Virus record (IMG/VR): IMGVR_UViG_3300045988_162176
Location: 150,143-214,142 of that record
Length of the DNA: 64,000 nucleotides
Reading direction: 5' to 3' (one strand)
Source of the DNA: a virus
The translations under genes were made by a program, and so were the position numbers. Below are positions 11,377 through 21,374 of the stretch, piece after piece. Position 1 is the first letter of the stretch. Each line of letters starts with the position of its first letter. The notes beneath the pieces were generated by a model, which searched no databases, was not told the origin of the DNA, and saw only the letters and a list, made by a program, of their open reading frames with translations.

Positions 11377-12375
11377 TTATTGCAACTTAATACCAAAAAG
11401 GTCTTCAATATCTTTATTTTCATCCTAATTAGAGTATTTTAATGTTGTATCAGAATTTTCATGATGAGCTAAAACTTTAACTTTTTCAAGAGGGACTGAC
11501 CCTAAATTAAGTTCTTTGCATAAATAATGAGTCCCCTTCAACAAATTGTCTATATAGCAATGTCTTAATGAATGACAAGTAAGCCCTCTATAGTCTTCTC
11601 CTGTTATTTCTGTTAATTCGTCTCCCCATTGTTTAATCCAATCATATATGTTATTTGCTGTCGCTGGTCGCCCCTCCGCATTAATAAATAAAGCTTCCAC
11701 ATTATCTGTTCTTGTAGCTTCATATTTCTTAAAAGCCTCTTTTGTTCTTGAGAAATAAATCACTTTAAATTTTTTAGAACGTTTACCTACGACTACCGTA
11801 TCGGTACAATTCTTATCATCGGCTATGTCAGTTCGCTTTACTTGTAAAACCTCATTTCGTCTTACACCAGAGTCATATAAAATTCCCAGTAAGGTTGCTT
11901 CTTTATATCTTTCTTCTTTCATTAACTTATCATACAACATTTTTATATGTTCATCAGAAACAAAAGTAATTTCTCTTACAGGATTCTTTGGAACACCCTT
12001 TATTTTCTCACTAGCATTTCTATCATAATCCTCATATAAATCATCATCATCTGAAGCCATTTCTAACATCATATGAACAGCAGAAAGCATTCTATTACAA
12101 CGAGCGGCGCTTAAATTCCACTCATCCTAACAATAAATCATGAATCTACGAAAATCTCTTTTATTCAAATCTAAAAAAGATTGATTGTCACAATTTTCCA
12201 AAACCCAAATTGCCACCCTACGCAAATCCGCAAAATACTATTTTTGAGTGCCTTCTGACCTACGTTTTGCCTTACACTCGGTAATGAAATCAGTTATTAA
12301 TTCTTTATTTTCTTTGTTTACTTGCTCCCATTTTTCAGGCGTGTAAATTTTATTATAAGGCTGTTTATATGCCAT
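11377..12375 (-). CDS. Tyrosine recombinase (integrase / Xer / Rci-like); 3 in-frame TAG
   Basis: SGVRRNEV, CHSLRHCY and LAHHENSDTTLKY match the R...HxxR...H...Y catalytic pattern. ATG at 12375 overlaps the upstream TAA (TAATG). TAA stop at 11377. Confidence 0.75.
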
Positions 12376-12911
12376 TACTTAATTTCCTCCTTTCTAATAT
12401 CTTCAAGCATTTTCTTTATATTATAAGTATAATGAGTCCTCTTTATTTTTTGCTCAATTATAATTGCTCCATATTGAATACAATCTAATTTATTAATAGA
12501 CTGTTTATCGTTCTCACATAGGAATCTACTAAAATTCTATATAGACAACCAGTAAGTTACATTATTTGTAATATCTTCATCGTCTCTAAAGTTGAACAAA
12601 AATCCAGCAAATACACCTTCTTGTTGTGCAAACTTTACCAAACTATTAATCTGGTGAGCCTTAATCATCTTAGAAGTCTTATCTTTAATATCTCTCTATA
12701 TAGTTAAAGATTTATAGCAAGTGCTTTTACACTCAATAGCAAATAAATTAGGAAACTCATATACCAAAAAATCGCAAGGATTTTCAGGCTGAAATCTTGA
12801 AGTCTTTTCATGCTACCAAGATAAAGAAGTATCATGCAACCTTAATACAAACAGTTCATCATTCTTAGCAGCCTCTTGAAAGTCTTTTTCGAAAGCTTTT
12901 CCTTTATTCAT
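12375..12911 (-). CDS. RecU-like PD-(D/E)xK nuclease (Holliday junction resolvase-like); 3 in-frame TAG
   Basis: NPCDFLVY...LFAIECKST fits a D...ExK nuclease core as in RecU. GAGGTG RBS, ATG at 12911. Confidence 0.5.
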
Positions 12912-12943
12912 CTTTCACCTCTTTTAAACCTTTTTTGGAATGG

Positions 12944-12987
12944 GAAAAAAAGAGATAGCCCAACCTTACTTTAGTCAAGCTATCTCC
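12944..12987 (-). terminator. Rho-independent terminator
   Basis: 8-bp stem GAGATAGC/GCTATCTC followed by T7 on the minus strand. Confidence 0.6.
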
Positions 12988-13114
12988 TTTCCATGAACGT
13001 TGATTATCCAGTTCAATCATTCAAAACTTTTTTAAACCACAAACTTTAAGTAAGGGCAATAATTTCTTCGGTTTTTTGTTACAGGTGCATCCGACAAACC
13101 CCTCTTAATTTCAA

Positions 13115-13339
13115 TCAATTCCAACCGTCATAGTAGTCATCATCTTCGTAATGCTTCTTTTTCTTTTTACGGTTTTCATATCTATTTCTATTTCGAGTCT
13201 TTTCGTAATCCTCTTCGAATTCAAAAATCTCTTCTTCTTTTTTCTTCTTCGCTATCTATTTTTTCTTGACTGGCTTTCTCTCTTCAGATTCATCATCTCT
13301 GTACTAATCAAAAGCCTAATTTTTATTTTTCTTACCCAT
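13115..13339 (-). CDS. Small, highly charged hypothetical protein; 3 in-frame TAG. Missed by the ORF track
   Basis: ATG at 13339, TGA at 13115. Translation: MGKKNKN*AFD*YRDDESEERKPVKKK*IAKKKKEEE...DDDYYDGWN. Confidence 0.4.
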
Positions 13340-13359
13340 AAATTCTCTCTTATTTTTAG

Positions 13360-14670
13360 TTAAACATAATAGAACTTGATATCACTAAGTCCTTTATCAT
13401 AATCAAAAACAAAAGCAATGCATCCAGCATCAGCCATAGTATATCCACTCTTTGTAGTCCAATTATCCATCTTTGTCATGGCGGAAAGAGTGAAAACAGA
13501 AACACCATAATTTTCTCTTAAAGCCCAATCATTATGATGCAAATGACCACAAAGCCAATAATGATAAGAAGTCTGTCCCCAATCTTCCTTAGCTTCAGTC
13601 TGCATTAGACCATTAATGCGGTCTTTTTCATCACTACCATGAGTCAAACCCAAAAGTGTCTTGCCAACTCTAATATACTTTCTTGGGAACGGACTTGCAT
13701 CAACCTTAACTTCTTCTACATTTCTATAATATGCTTCAATTATCTGCATTAACGCAAGTTCTTCAAATCTAGAGTGATTACCTGAAACAAATACAACCTC
13801 TACCTGTGCAACCCTACTAAGCATATCTATAACTTCAATCAAAGCTTCTATGCCTTTTTTGAAGATAGTATTAAAAGTTCCTTCGTTATCCTGCATGTGA
13901 GATTGACTTGTTGTGTAACCAGTAAAACTACTGTTAAGATAATCGTTACCAACCATATAAATAATCTTTCCCACATTATTCCAATGTATAGAATCTATCA
14001 TCTTCTTAGTGGTAGAAAGCATATTCTGTCTTGCAATTTCCATATTATACTCAACTCCTGTTTCATAGGGCTGAGAAATTCTACCAAAATGTACATCAAG
14101 ATGACTGAAGAAAACTACATTGGGCTTGTTACTAATATCTCCTCTAATATGTTCTGTCTTACGAGGAGATTTAAAACCTTCAAAATATTTTCTTAGCTCT
14201 TCTAAATCTAAGCCACAATCGGTAGGCTTTACAGTAATACGAGAAGAATAAAGATTCTTCAAACCACCTTTGCCATCACCTTGTTGCCAAATACTATTTT
14301 TAGCATTAAGCAATTCAAACTGAACTGGATTATACCCGTGTGCTTTTAAAAGAGCTGTTTTATCCGTAAGCTCATCTTCTGACAAAGCTACGAATTTTTC
14401 ACTTGTTCTCACACCGTTACTATCTAAAGTAGTAGTATTCTTAGTAGGAATGTTTTTATTAACAGGTTCGTTAACCCATCCTGAAGCATTAAATTCAGAA
14501 TAAAGCAACGCACCTCTACGAATTGTATCAATAGTCAAAGAAGGCAAACCATATTTTTTACGAATATCGTTTGCATTACTCCAAGTTGCGTCACCATTTG
14601 AAATATCCATCATTAATTGACGCATTTCACGAAGATAACCTTCGGGTACTTTATCTGTAACTAAAGCCAT
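13360..14670 (-). CDS. Calcineurin-like metallophosphoesterase
   Basis: Motifs LDVHFG, GNDY, GNHS and GHLHH appear in the canonical order. AAGGAG RBS. Confidence 0.7.
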   Translation of the reverse strand: MALVTDKVPEGYLREMRQLMMDISNGDATWSNANDIRKKYGLPSLTIDTIRRGALLYSEFNASGWVNEPVNKNIPTKNTTTLDSNGVRTSEKFVALSEDELTDKTALLKAHGYNPVQFELLNAKNSIWQQGDGKGGLKNLYSSRITVKPTDCGLDLEELRKYFEGFKSPRKTEHIRGDISNKPNVVFFSHLDVHFGRISQPYETGVEYNMEIARQNMLSTTKKMIDSIHWNNVGKIIYMVGNDYLNSSFTGYTTSQSHMQDNEGTFNTIFKKGIEALIEVIDMLSRVAQVEVVFVSGNHSRFEELALMQIIEAYYRNVEEVKVDASPFPRKYIRVGKTLLGLTHGSDEKDRINGLMQTEAKEDWGQTSYHYWLCGHLHHNDWALRENYGVSVFTLSAMTKMDNWTTKSGYTMADAGCIAFVFDYDKGLSDIKFYYV

Positions 14671-14681
14671 TTTAAATCTCC

Positions 14682-15338
14682 TTAATTAAGAATCTGTGAA
14701 ATGTCATCAACAATATGGTCAACCAAAGAATACTGCAACTATTGAGCGTCATCCAAATACCAATCAGTCTTAAGCTTCTTAGTTAAGGTAGACTTAGAAA
14801 TAGTAGTGTTTTCTATAATATTATTATGAACTCTGGAAATCAAATTTTTATATTGTTGATTTTGCTGCTGAACTGCATTAAAATCACCCCGTTGCATAGC
14901 ACTGCCAGAATGCAGGAGTGCCGTAGAGTTCTTTAAACAATATCTATGACCTTTATGACCATTAATAAGAATCATGGCACCGCAACTCATTGCACAAGCA
15001 AGATTAACCGTAACAATAGGAGTCTTAGAAAGTTTCATAACAGACAAAAAGCCCATCGCTGAATACAAATCTCCTCCGTAACTATGCACGTATATAAATA
15101 TCTTCTTACGGTCTTCAACAGGAATATCTTTATCAGCATCTTCTTTGTTCCAGCGAATAATTTGCTGCATTTCTTGAAACAAAGTTTCGTCGATGTCCTT
15201 GGTTATCCACAGTTCCCTATTTTTAAGTGACCTATATTTCTAAACTAAAATAGGGTCTGGAAGTTGTAAATTAGCTTCTGGACCAAGTTCTTCTAAACAA
15301 AACAAATCATCTAAAGTATCATTCTTAATTTTATCCAT
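14682..15338 (-). CDS. ClpP-family serine peptidase-like protein; 2 in-frame TAG
   Basis: IYVHSYGGDLYSAMGF...ACAMSCGAMIL...LLHSG follows the ClpP Ser/His layout. ATG at 15338. ORF 14739-15182 extends both ways through TAG, to a TAA at 14682. Confidence 0.6.
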
Positions 15339-15399
15339 TTTAATACCTTTTAATCCTTTTATTTTATTAAAAAATATATTTGAAAGAACAGTAATTGTT

Positions 15400-15850
15400 A
15401 AACAAACAAGATTTTAACAAAAGGTTAATTACTCCCTGTCCTGTTCTTCTTTGTTGCATAAAACGCTAAAACTAAACTCTAACGTCTTAAGGAACTCCTT
15501 GTACACATGGTACATGAGATATGTGGCTCAGACCCGCTTTACGGACCCGTAAATTTGGTCTTCTTTAAGTCCTCATCCTATGCTCATGGACACCACATTA
15601 AAAAGCTACAAGACTATGCCTCGTAGCTGGCCTAAATATACAACATGGTATATAAGGTGATAAGGTTTATGCCGACACCTTAAAACGCCTTTCTCTTCCA
15701 TTTGAAACCACGCATGAAAGTATGTTGGTTGGACAGTTTTAATTGCTACCCTGTGGAAACCTGACAACCCTAATAAGCCTCCATTGCATCACTGGATGGT
15801 AGCCCAATATACAACTTCTCTGGCAACCCTGACCTCTTGTATCAATAGGT
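15400..15850 (-). ncRNA. Candidate large structured non-coding RNA; class and strand uncertain
   Basis: No ORF of 60 aa or more in any frame between 15183 and 15892. By eye it is richer in G+C than other intergenic DNA here. It has many short complementary segments, for example GCTAC...GTAGC, GCTACC...GGTAGC and TTTACGG...CCGTAAA. It sits between a hairpin and the next gene. Confidence 0.35.
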
Positions 15851-15856
15851 TTATTT

Positions 15857-15878
15857 AAAAAGCTTTGTAAAGCTTTTT
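15857..15878. terminator. AT-rich palindromic hairpin after the MBL gene; weak terminator candidate
   Basis: AAAAAGCTTT-GT-AAAGCTTTTT is a perfect 10-bp palindrome. Confidence 0.35.
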
Positions 15879-15892
15879 ATACAATTATTTAA

Positions 15893-17341
15893 TTACAATA
15901 AAATTTCTGTCGATTTGTTGGCTACAACAACCTTATCCGTCCTATTTCTTTTACTAATAAGCTCCGACAAAGTTTTACTCAGTTCAACTCTGTCTTTCAT
16001 ATTACCATGCTGAAGAACAACTTTACCATAACCGCTAGTTCCAAACCCCCCACTGTAATAATCGCAAAGTTCATCTCTTTGCATATGACTTGAAAAACTA
16101 TTTAAATTAATTACTCTACAACGACTTGGAATTTGTTTACTATTAATAGCTACAGTCTTAGTCTTCTTTTGTTTAATCTTCCAAGCTAAAGAACCTTCAA
16201 CAGAATAGCCAATAAACGCAATACCATTCTTGGCACTTGGAAGAAGTTTTTCAGCAATACCCACGGAAAAACCAGCATTTAACATTCCTGCGGAACTGAT
16301 AAATATCACTGGGTCGGACTTTGCTAAAATTTCTTCTATTTCTTCATAATTACTAATAAATTTAACCTTGTCCCATGAAGAAGCTTCAATCCATCTCTTA
16401 AGTTGCTCGCCCTCTAAAATTTCATTAAAAATTTTATTAATTTTACAAGTTAAAGGAGAACCAACATAAACAGGAATATTAAAATTCTCATCATCTTTAA
16501 ACATTTCGTAAAGAATAGTTAAAATTACTTGACTCCTCATTAAAGAGAAAGAAGGGAAAAGCAACTTTCCTTTTCCATCAATGCAAACATCATACACAAA
16601 AGCTTTAATCTTTTCTAAATCTTTTTCTCTATCTTTTGCTTTAGCACTTTTTTCTTTGCTGGCATAAGTAGATTCACCCACTAACAAATTTGCGTTTTGA
16701 ATAGGTTCAAACTTATTTGCATAATAAGTTTCAGTTCTAATATTACCTAAATCACCAGTAAACGCTATTTTACGAGTAACGCTACCATTTTTGATATATA
16801 GAATCAATTGAGCAGCGCCGATAATATGTCCAGAAGGAATAAACTCAAATGTTACCTCATCGTCTAATTTAATTCTTTGCTTAAAAGGATATTCTTCAAT
16901 ATGAGCAAGCATATCTTTTACATCAGACTCTTCATAAATTGGGGAATATTCCCTTTTAAGTTTTCGAGACAAATCTTCAACATCTCTTAACATAATCTTA
17001 GCACTATCTAATTGCAATTCTCGAATTAAATCTTTATTGCCATCAGGCACAATAATTTTTCCATCAAATCCTCTTTTGGTTAAAAGGCTTAAACGACCTG
17101 AATGGTCAACGTGCGAATGAGTCACAAATACATAATCTACATTCTTCTCTTTGAATGTAAATCTTGCACTATTAGCCTGATATTCTTTCAAAAGACTTTG
17201 ATTACCTTGTACCAATCCACAATCGACAAGAATTGTTCGTTCTGGCTTTCCCCATGTAATAACTGTACAAGAACCTGTTACATCTTCTGCTGCACCAGAA
17301 TTTTTAAAACTTACTCTAATCTTGTCTTTGCTTTTACTCAT
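15893..17341 (-). CDS. Metallo-beta-lactamase fold, beta-CASP-type nuclease (RNase J / CPSF-like)
   Basis: VFVTHSHVDHSGRL is the HxHxDH motif. Intact 482-aa ORF with a GGGGG RBS. Confidence 0.65.
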   Translation of the reverse strand: MSKSKDKIRVSFKNSGAAEDVTGSCTVITWGKPERTILVDCGLVQGNQSLLKEYQANSARFTFKEKNVDYVFVTHSHVDHSGRLSLLTKRGFDGKIIVPDGNKDLIRELQLDSAKIMLRDVEDLSRKLKREYSPIYEESDVKDMLAHIEEYPFKQRIKLDDEVTFEFIPSGHIIGAAQLILYIKNGSVTRKIAFTGDLGNIRTETYYANKFEPIQNANLLVGESTYASKEKSAKAKDREKDLEKIKAFVYDVCIDGKGKLLFPSFSLMRSQVILTILYEMFKDDENFNIPVYVGSPLTCKINKIFNEILEGEQLKRWIEASSWDKVKFISNYEEIEEILAKSDPVIFISSAGMLNAGFSVGIAEKLLPSAKNGIAFIGYSVEGSLAWKIKQKKTKTVAINSKQIPSRCRVINLNSFSSHMQRDELCDYYSGGFGTSGYGKVVLQHGNMKDRVELSKTLSELISKRNRTDKVVVANKSTEILL

Positions 17342-17460
17342 ACTTTACCCCCTACGTTATTATAGGAACTTATATTATATTTCTATAATACAAATAATAC
17401 AATTTTTTTAATTGTAGATTTTTGCCTTGATATATTTATAACATTATTATTTATATACAT

Positions 17461-17489
17461 ATAATAACAAATATTAATGTTTCTGTCAA
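17461..17489 (-). promoter_or_regulatory. Sigma70-like promoter
   Basis: On minus: TTGACA, 17 nt, TATTAT. A second TTGACAAAGAT box lies about 30 nt upstream. Confidence 0.55.
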
Positions 17490-17616
17490 GGACTTTGAGA
17501 AAAATCTTTGTCAAATAAAATCTTCATCAAAAAGATGCTTTTCAAAATCCTTGATTTTACTGGGGAAAATGCGCCTGTTTTACCAAATAAAAGTATCATT
17601 TTATTCTCTTTCGCGT

Positions 17617-17648
17617 CTAAAAAGAGGATGGGATTAACCCCATCCTCA
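17617..17648 (-). terminator. Rho-independent terminator closing the tail-tube operon
   Basis: GAGGATGGG/CCCATCCTC 9-bp GC-rich stem followed by T5 on minus. Confidence 0.8.
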
Positions 17649-17664
17649 GTTTATTTGTCATTAC

Positions 17665-18033
17665 TTACTTCTGTAAATCTTTGTACCAAGAAGGTAATTC
17701 AAATTCAACAGTCTCACCAATAGAATATTTTCCAAAATCTCTCATTGTAAGACCGTTGCCATTTTCAAGAATTACCCAAGCAGAAGTCTTCCACTTACTA
17801 TGTACAACGCCTCTTGCCCAGCCTTCCTTTAATTTAGACTCTTCAACAACAGGCTTAACTTCTTCCTATTCAGTGACACTTTCTAACTCCTGTTTAACAG
17901 GTTCAACAATTCCTTCTTTTACAATTTCCTTGTTGTTCTTGTTTTTGTCATACTTTTTATATTGAATTTGCTTCTCCTTATTTTCTTTCTTAGGAGAAAC
18001 TTCAATATCAAAAGCGCTGTTCATTTCATCCAT
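17665..18033 (-). CDS. Hypothetical protein downstream of the major tail protein; 1 in-frame TAG. Missed by the ORF track
   Basis: AGGAGA RBS, ATG at 18033, TAA at 17665. Translation: MDEMNSAFDIEVSPKKENKEK...GWARGVVHSKWKTSAWVILENGNG... Confidence 0.55.
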
Positions 18034-18193
18034 TTCTTAATCTCCTCTCACAGCTCGTCATGGCAGGAGAATTTTCCCATGCACACTTCTAATGACAATA
18101 TTTTTGATAAGGACAGAGCCGATGAGGTTCTTTCCCATCGACTCTGCACATTATTCTTCCACCATTTTCTTGCTGTGCATTACTGCAAAGCAT
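18026..18193 (-). CDS. Small Cys-rich hypothetical protein; 1 in-frame TAG. Missed by the ORF track
   Basis: ATG at 18193, TGA at 18026. Translation: MLCSNAQQENGGRIMCRVDGKEPHRLCPYQKYCH*KCAWENSPAMTSCERRLRNG. Confidence 0.35.
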
Positions 18194-18216
18194 TTATTCT
18201 ATTCTCCCAGCTTAAA

Positions 18217-19244
18217 TTACCGAGCAAGAGTAATGGTCATCTTATCAGTAAGGTTCTCATTCAGATTAAAAGTAACAGTTACATCACCAGCAGCCTTAAC
18301 AGTAAGAACACCATTAGCATAATCAGCAGCGGCACCCGCAGCAACTTCATACTGGTCAGCATTCAGCTTAATAGGAGCGCCATCAACAGGGCAAGCATAA
18401 ACATTAAGTTCAATCTTATCACCAACTTTAGCAGTTTGATTCTTATCCTCGATAACAATGCTAGCAAACATATCGGCAGCCGTTTTATTTTCGAGAACCT
18501 GAACGATTTCAGCGTAAATACCGTCACCATCACAGCCAGCACAACCAGAAGCAAGAGCAGAACCTTCGATAGCAGTATTAGAAACACCTGAAGCACTCAT
18601 ACTAAGTTCCTGAGAACCGTTAAGCATGAAACGAGGAACCTTGATGATAACCTTACCAGCGAGGGTAGAGGTCTCAACATCACAAGAACCACCATTGTAA
18701 AGGTTGGCTTCAAGAATGCAAGTCAAAGTCTTGGGAATGAAGTTAGCACTAATGGTAATCTTAGAAGCGAGGTCATTGTGATACATGTAACGAACACAAA
18801 CTTCGACATTCTTCATGGCTTCGCCAAGAGACACTTCATTTACACCATCACCAGCAACAGCATAACGCTGATAACCTTCGTCAGTGCCAGACTTCTTAAC
18901 ATAAGCATAAACATTAGTATTACCAACCATAGGAACAGCCTTGTAAGATAAAGTAACCTTACCAGTAGCATCAGCAGTCAGCTTCTCATCCTTCATAGCA
19001 TCGCCACCAAGTTCAACATCAGAACCAGTGTTCATAGCGAGATACTCAAGAGAGAACATAGCATCGGTCAGCTTAAGGTCGAAAGTAGAAGTATGCGCAT
19101 AACGACCATAAAGCTTATTCCGAAGGCCCGCACGGAGGTCTTCAAACGAAATCCGAATAGTAATACTGGAATCAATCAAGGTATTTGCAGTAGCAACAAG
19201 GCGCTCGCCATCGAAAAGAGTGGCGCGGCCTACACCAGCTAAAA
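18217..19244 (-). CDS. Major tail (tube) protein, exon 2, with C-terminal Ig-like domain
   Basis: LAGVGRATLFDGERLVATANTLIDSSITIRISFEDLRAGLRNKLYG... resembles siphovirus major tail proteins. The C-terminus (KVGDKIELNVYA...VTVT) looks like a Big_2-type domain. TAA stop. Confidence 0.7.
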
Positions 19245-19604
19245 CATTTTAATTTAAAATAAGACGCTACTCTTATTTTGCTTTCGCCTTATATTTTCAT
19301 ATAAGATTAGACCATATCATTACCTTTTATTAAAAGGCAGTCTCCACTTCTACCACCAATCACTTGTGGTATACTTCCTTTCGGAATGGTCGTTGAACTT
19401 TTCTTTATTCAAGACTTAGCGGCTGATTACCCATTATTCAATACTTAGGATTTAACCATATATCATCTGTTTATTTCTTTTTACTTTCATAGCATTCACA
19501 ATTAGGCATATTTCATCCTTTTGTTGTAGCATAAACAGCTTTAGGGAATTCCAGCAATTCAAAGACTATTTTTACATACACATCACTGTATACGGTTACT
19601 CTTT
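19245..19604 (-). ncRNA. Group I-like intron B (no ORF) in the major tail protein gene
   Basis: 360-nt insert. The 5' exon ends in T and the intron ends ...AAAATG. Removal joins CT+T in frame. It shares sequence blocks with introns A and C. Confidence 0.6.
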
Positions 19605-19639
19605 AGCCAAGCAAATGCGGACTCGGCATCCGATAACAT
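19605..19639 (-). CDS. Major tail protein, exon 1 (35 nt, MLSDAESAFAW + 2 nt)
   Basis: GGAGGA RBS 8 nt upstream of ATG at 19639. The frame is restored only by splicing to 19244. Confidence 0.55.
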
Positions 19640-19709
19640 AATATATATCCTCCTTATTTATTTTAATCATTTTTTCCTGATTTAAATCAGTTGGAGAAAT
19701 TAATCCCCA

Positions 19710-20717
19710 TTATGTAACAGAAGCGAATTTCTTTTGGAAATCATTCATCGTCATAATTTCCTTAGACATATCCTTCTTGTTATCAGTAAATATCCAATGG
19801 TGAATGTCTCCATCCTTGAACTAAACTAGCCGAGACATAGCACCCTAAATCTAAGCGTAATAATACCCCTTGGCATCAATGGTTTTTAGCATTAAAGAAA
19901 GTTTTCTCAAACTTACTTGTTCTTTTAACATCTCCATGGTGTATGGAGAACTAATGGATATACAAACAAGCTATTTTTCCAAACTTGGAGATGTGTAATT
20001 CTTGTTCTGCATCCTCGCCTTTAATTCCATCTCTTCTCTTAAATTGGGGTCAATATACTTATCTCCATCATAATCTAAAATGTTTTGATGAGTAATAATA
20101 GCTATAAATTCATCAAGTTCTTTTGGTTCTAAAACTATATCGTATATATATAATTTTTTCATGCCATTAGCACCCGTTTGAATTCCATAGATATCTCTCA
20201 TTTTGCTTTTACATTCTGGACATATAGCATAATTATTAATAAACTCAAGAGCTTTAACTTTCTTTTCAGTTTCGCTTAAATTATCAGGTAATGTTTCTTG
20301 GAATTTAGCATATTCTTTGATAACTTCAAACTAAGTTCGTTTGAATCCACAATGAGGACAAAACAAACCATTTTTTTCATGGAGCACAAGTTCGAACATA
20401 TTAATTACCTAAGAAGTAACCATAGGTCCATATTCTTGGTTTTCCATATTCTATATTAAATATGCCATATAAGACATGCCAATACCTTCAGGATTAGCCA
20501 CTTTTTTAGTGGTTTCTATCCCATTTTCATCTACCACTTTTATTTCTTTAATATTTTTATCTTGAGTAAAACAAGATAAATTGGCATAAAAGTTGTAGTA
20601 ATCTTTCGTTAAAACTGGATAAATTAACAAGCCTTTAAATGGCACTGGTAAATCCAGACCAAAATAAGCTTGCTCATACATCTCCATTTTTGCTTGTAAC
20701 TCTTTAGAAATTGCCAA
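19710..20717 (-). CDS. Hypothetical protein with CxxC...CxxC zinc-ribbon; about 8 in-frame TAG
   Basis: Fragments 20451-20717 and 19971-20201 are in frame. TAA at 19710. Contains CPHCGFKRT...CPECKSKM. The start codon is uncertain (TTG at 20717 or a downstream ATG). Confidence 0.45.
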
Positions 20718-21374
20718 TTAAGACACCCCACTCATATAGCATCCTAACACAACTTTAATTCCCTCAAAATTTCTATTATTCCAAATTCCATATTGAGCTT
20801 GTTGGAATCTGCTCATCATTGTTGAAAACTCTAAATTGCCGACACCCTGTACATGAGCGCCATTAAGCAAAAACAAAACCGCTTTCACTAAAGTAGAAAC
20901 ACGACTCTTACCAGTAATGGGAATTTCAACTCCATCAACTATATCAACAGGATAAACTTTATCATCATCACTTGGATTGATATTAACACATTTATTATGA
21001 GTAATTATATCAATACCAAAATTAACAACGGCTTTATATCTATCTGTAGGAATAATTTGGTCAATATAAATCTTTAATAACGTACTTTCAACTGTCCAAG
21101 CATCTTCGAAATGAGGACTTCTAAAAATACGTTTATCGGTCTAAGTTATATCATCAGCACATATCAAAGAAGTAATCTATTGATATGTAGGCAATTCTCT
21201 ATTAAGAGCATCTGCATCATTATAATATAAAAGTTTCCAAATAATATGAGTTTGTTCTAATTCTTCAGGAGTTTTTTTATTAGGAGACAATAAATAATAA
21301 ATTATTCTATCTTCCACTCCATCTAAATTTACAAAACGGTTAAATGCAGACGGTGCATAACTACTATCTAACAT
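20718..21374 (-). CDS. Hypothetical virion/neck-region protein; 2 in-frame TAG
   Basis: ATG at 21374 overlaps the upstream TGA. Fragment 21177-21377 continues in frame to a TAA at 20718. Confidence 0.55.

Noticed and set aside
15400-15850. Suppressor tRNA or tmRNA in the ORF-free regions (also checked 59400-59650)
   Set aside because: I could not find a T-loop (GTTCRAnnC) with flanking stems, a D-loop, or an acceptor/CCA arrangement on either strand. The suppressor, if phage-encoded, is probably outside this window. This is an eye scan only; tRNAscan-SE should be run.
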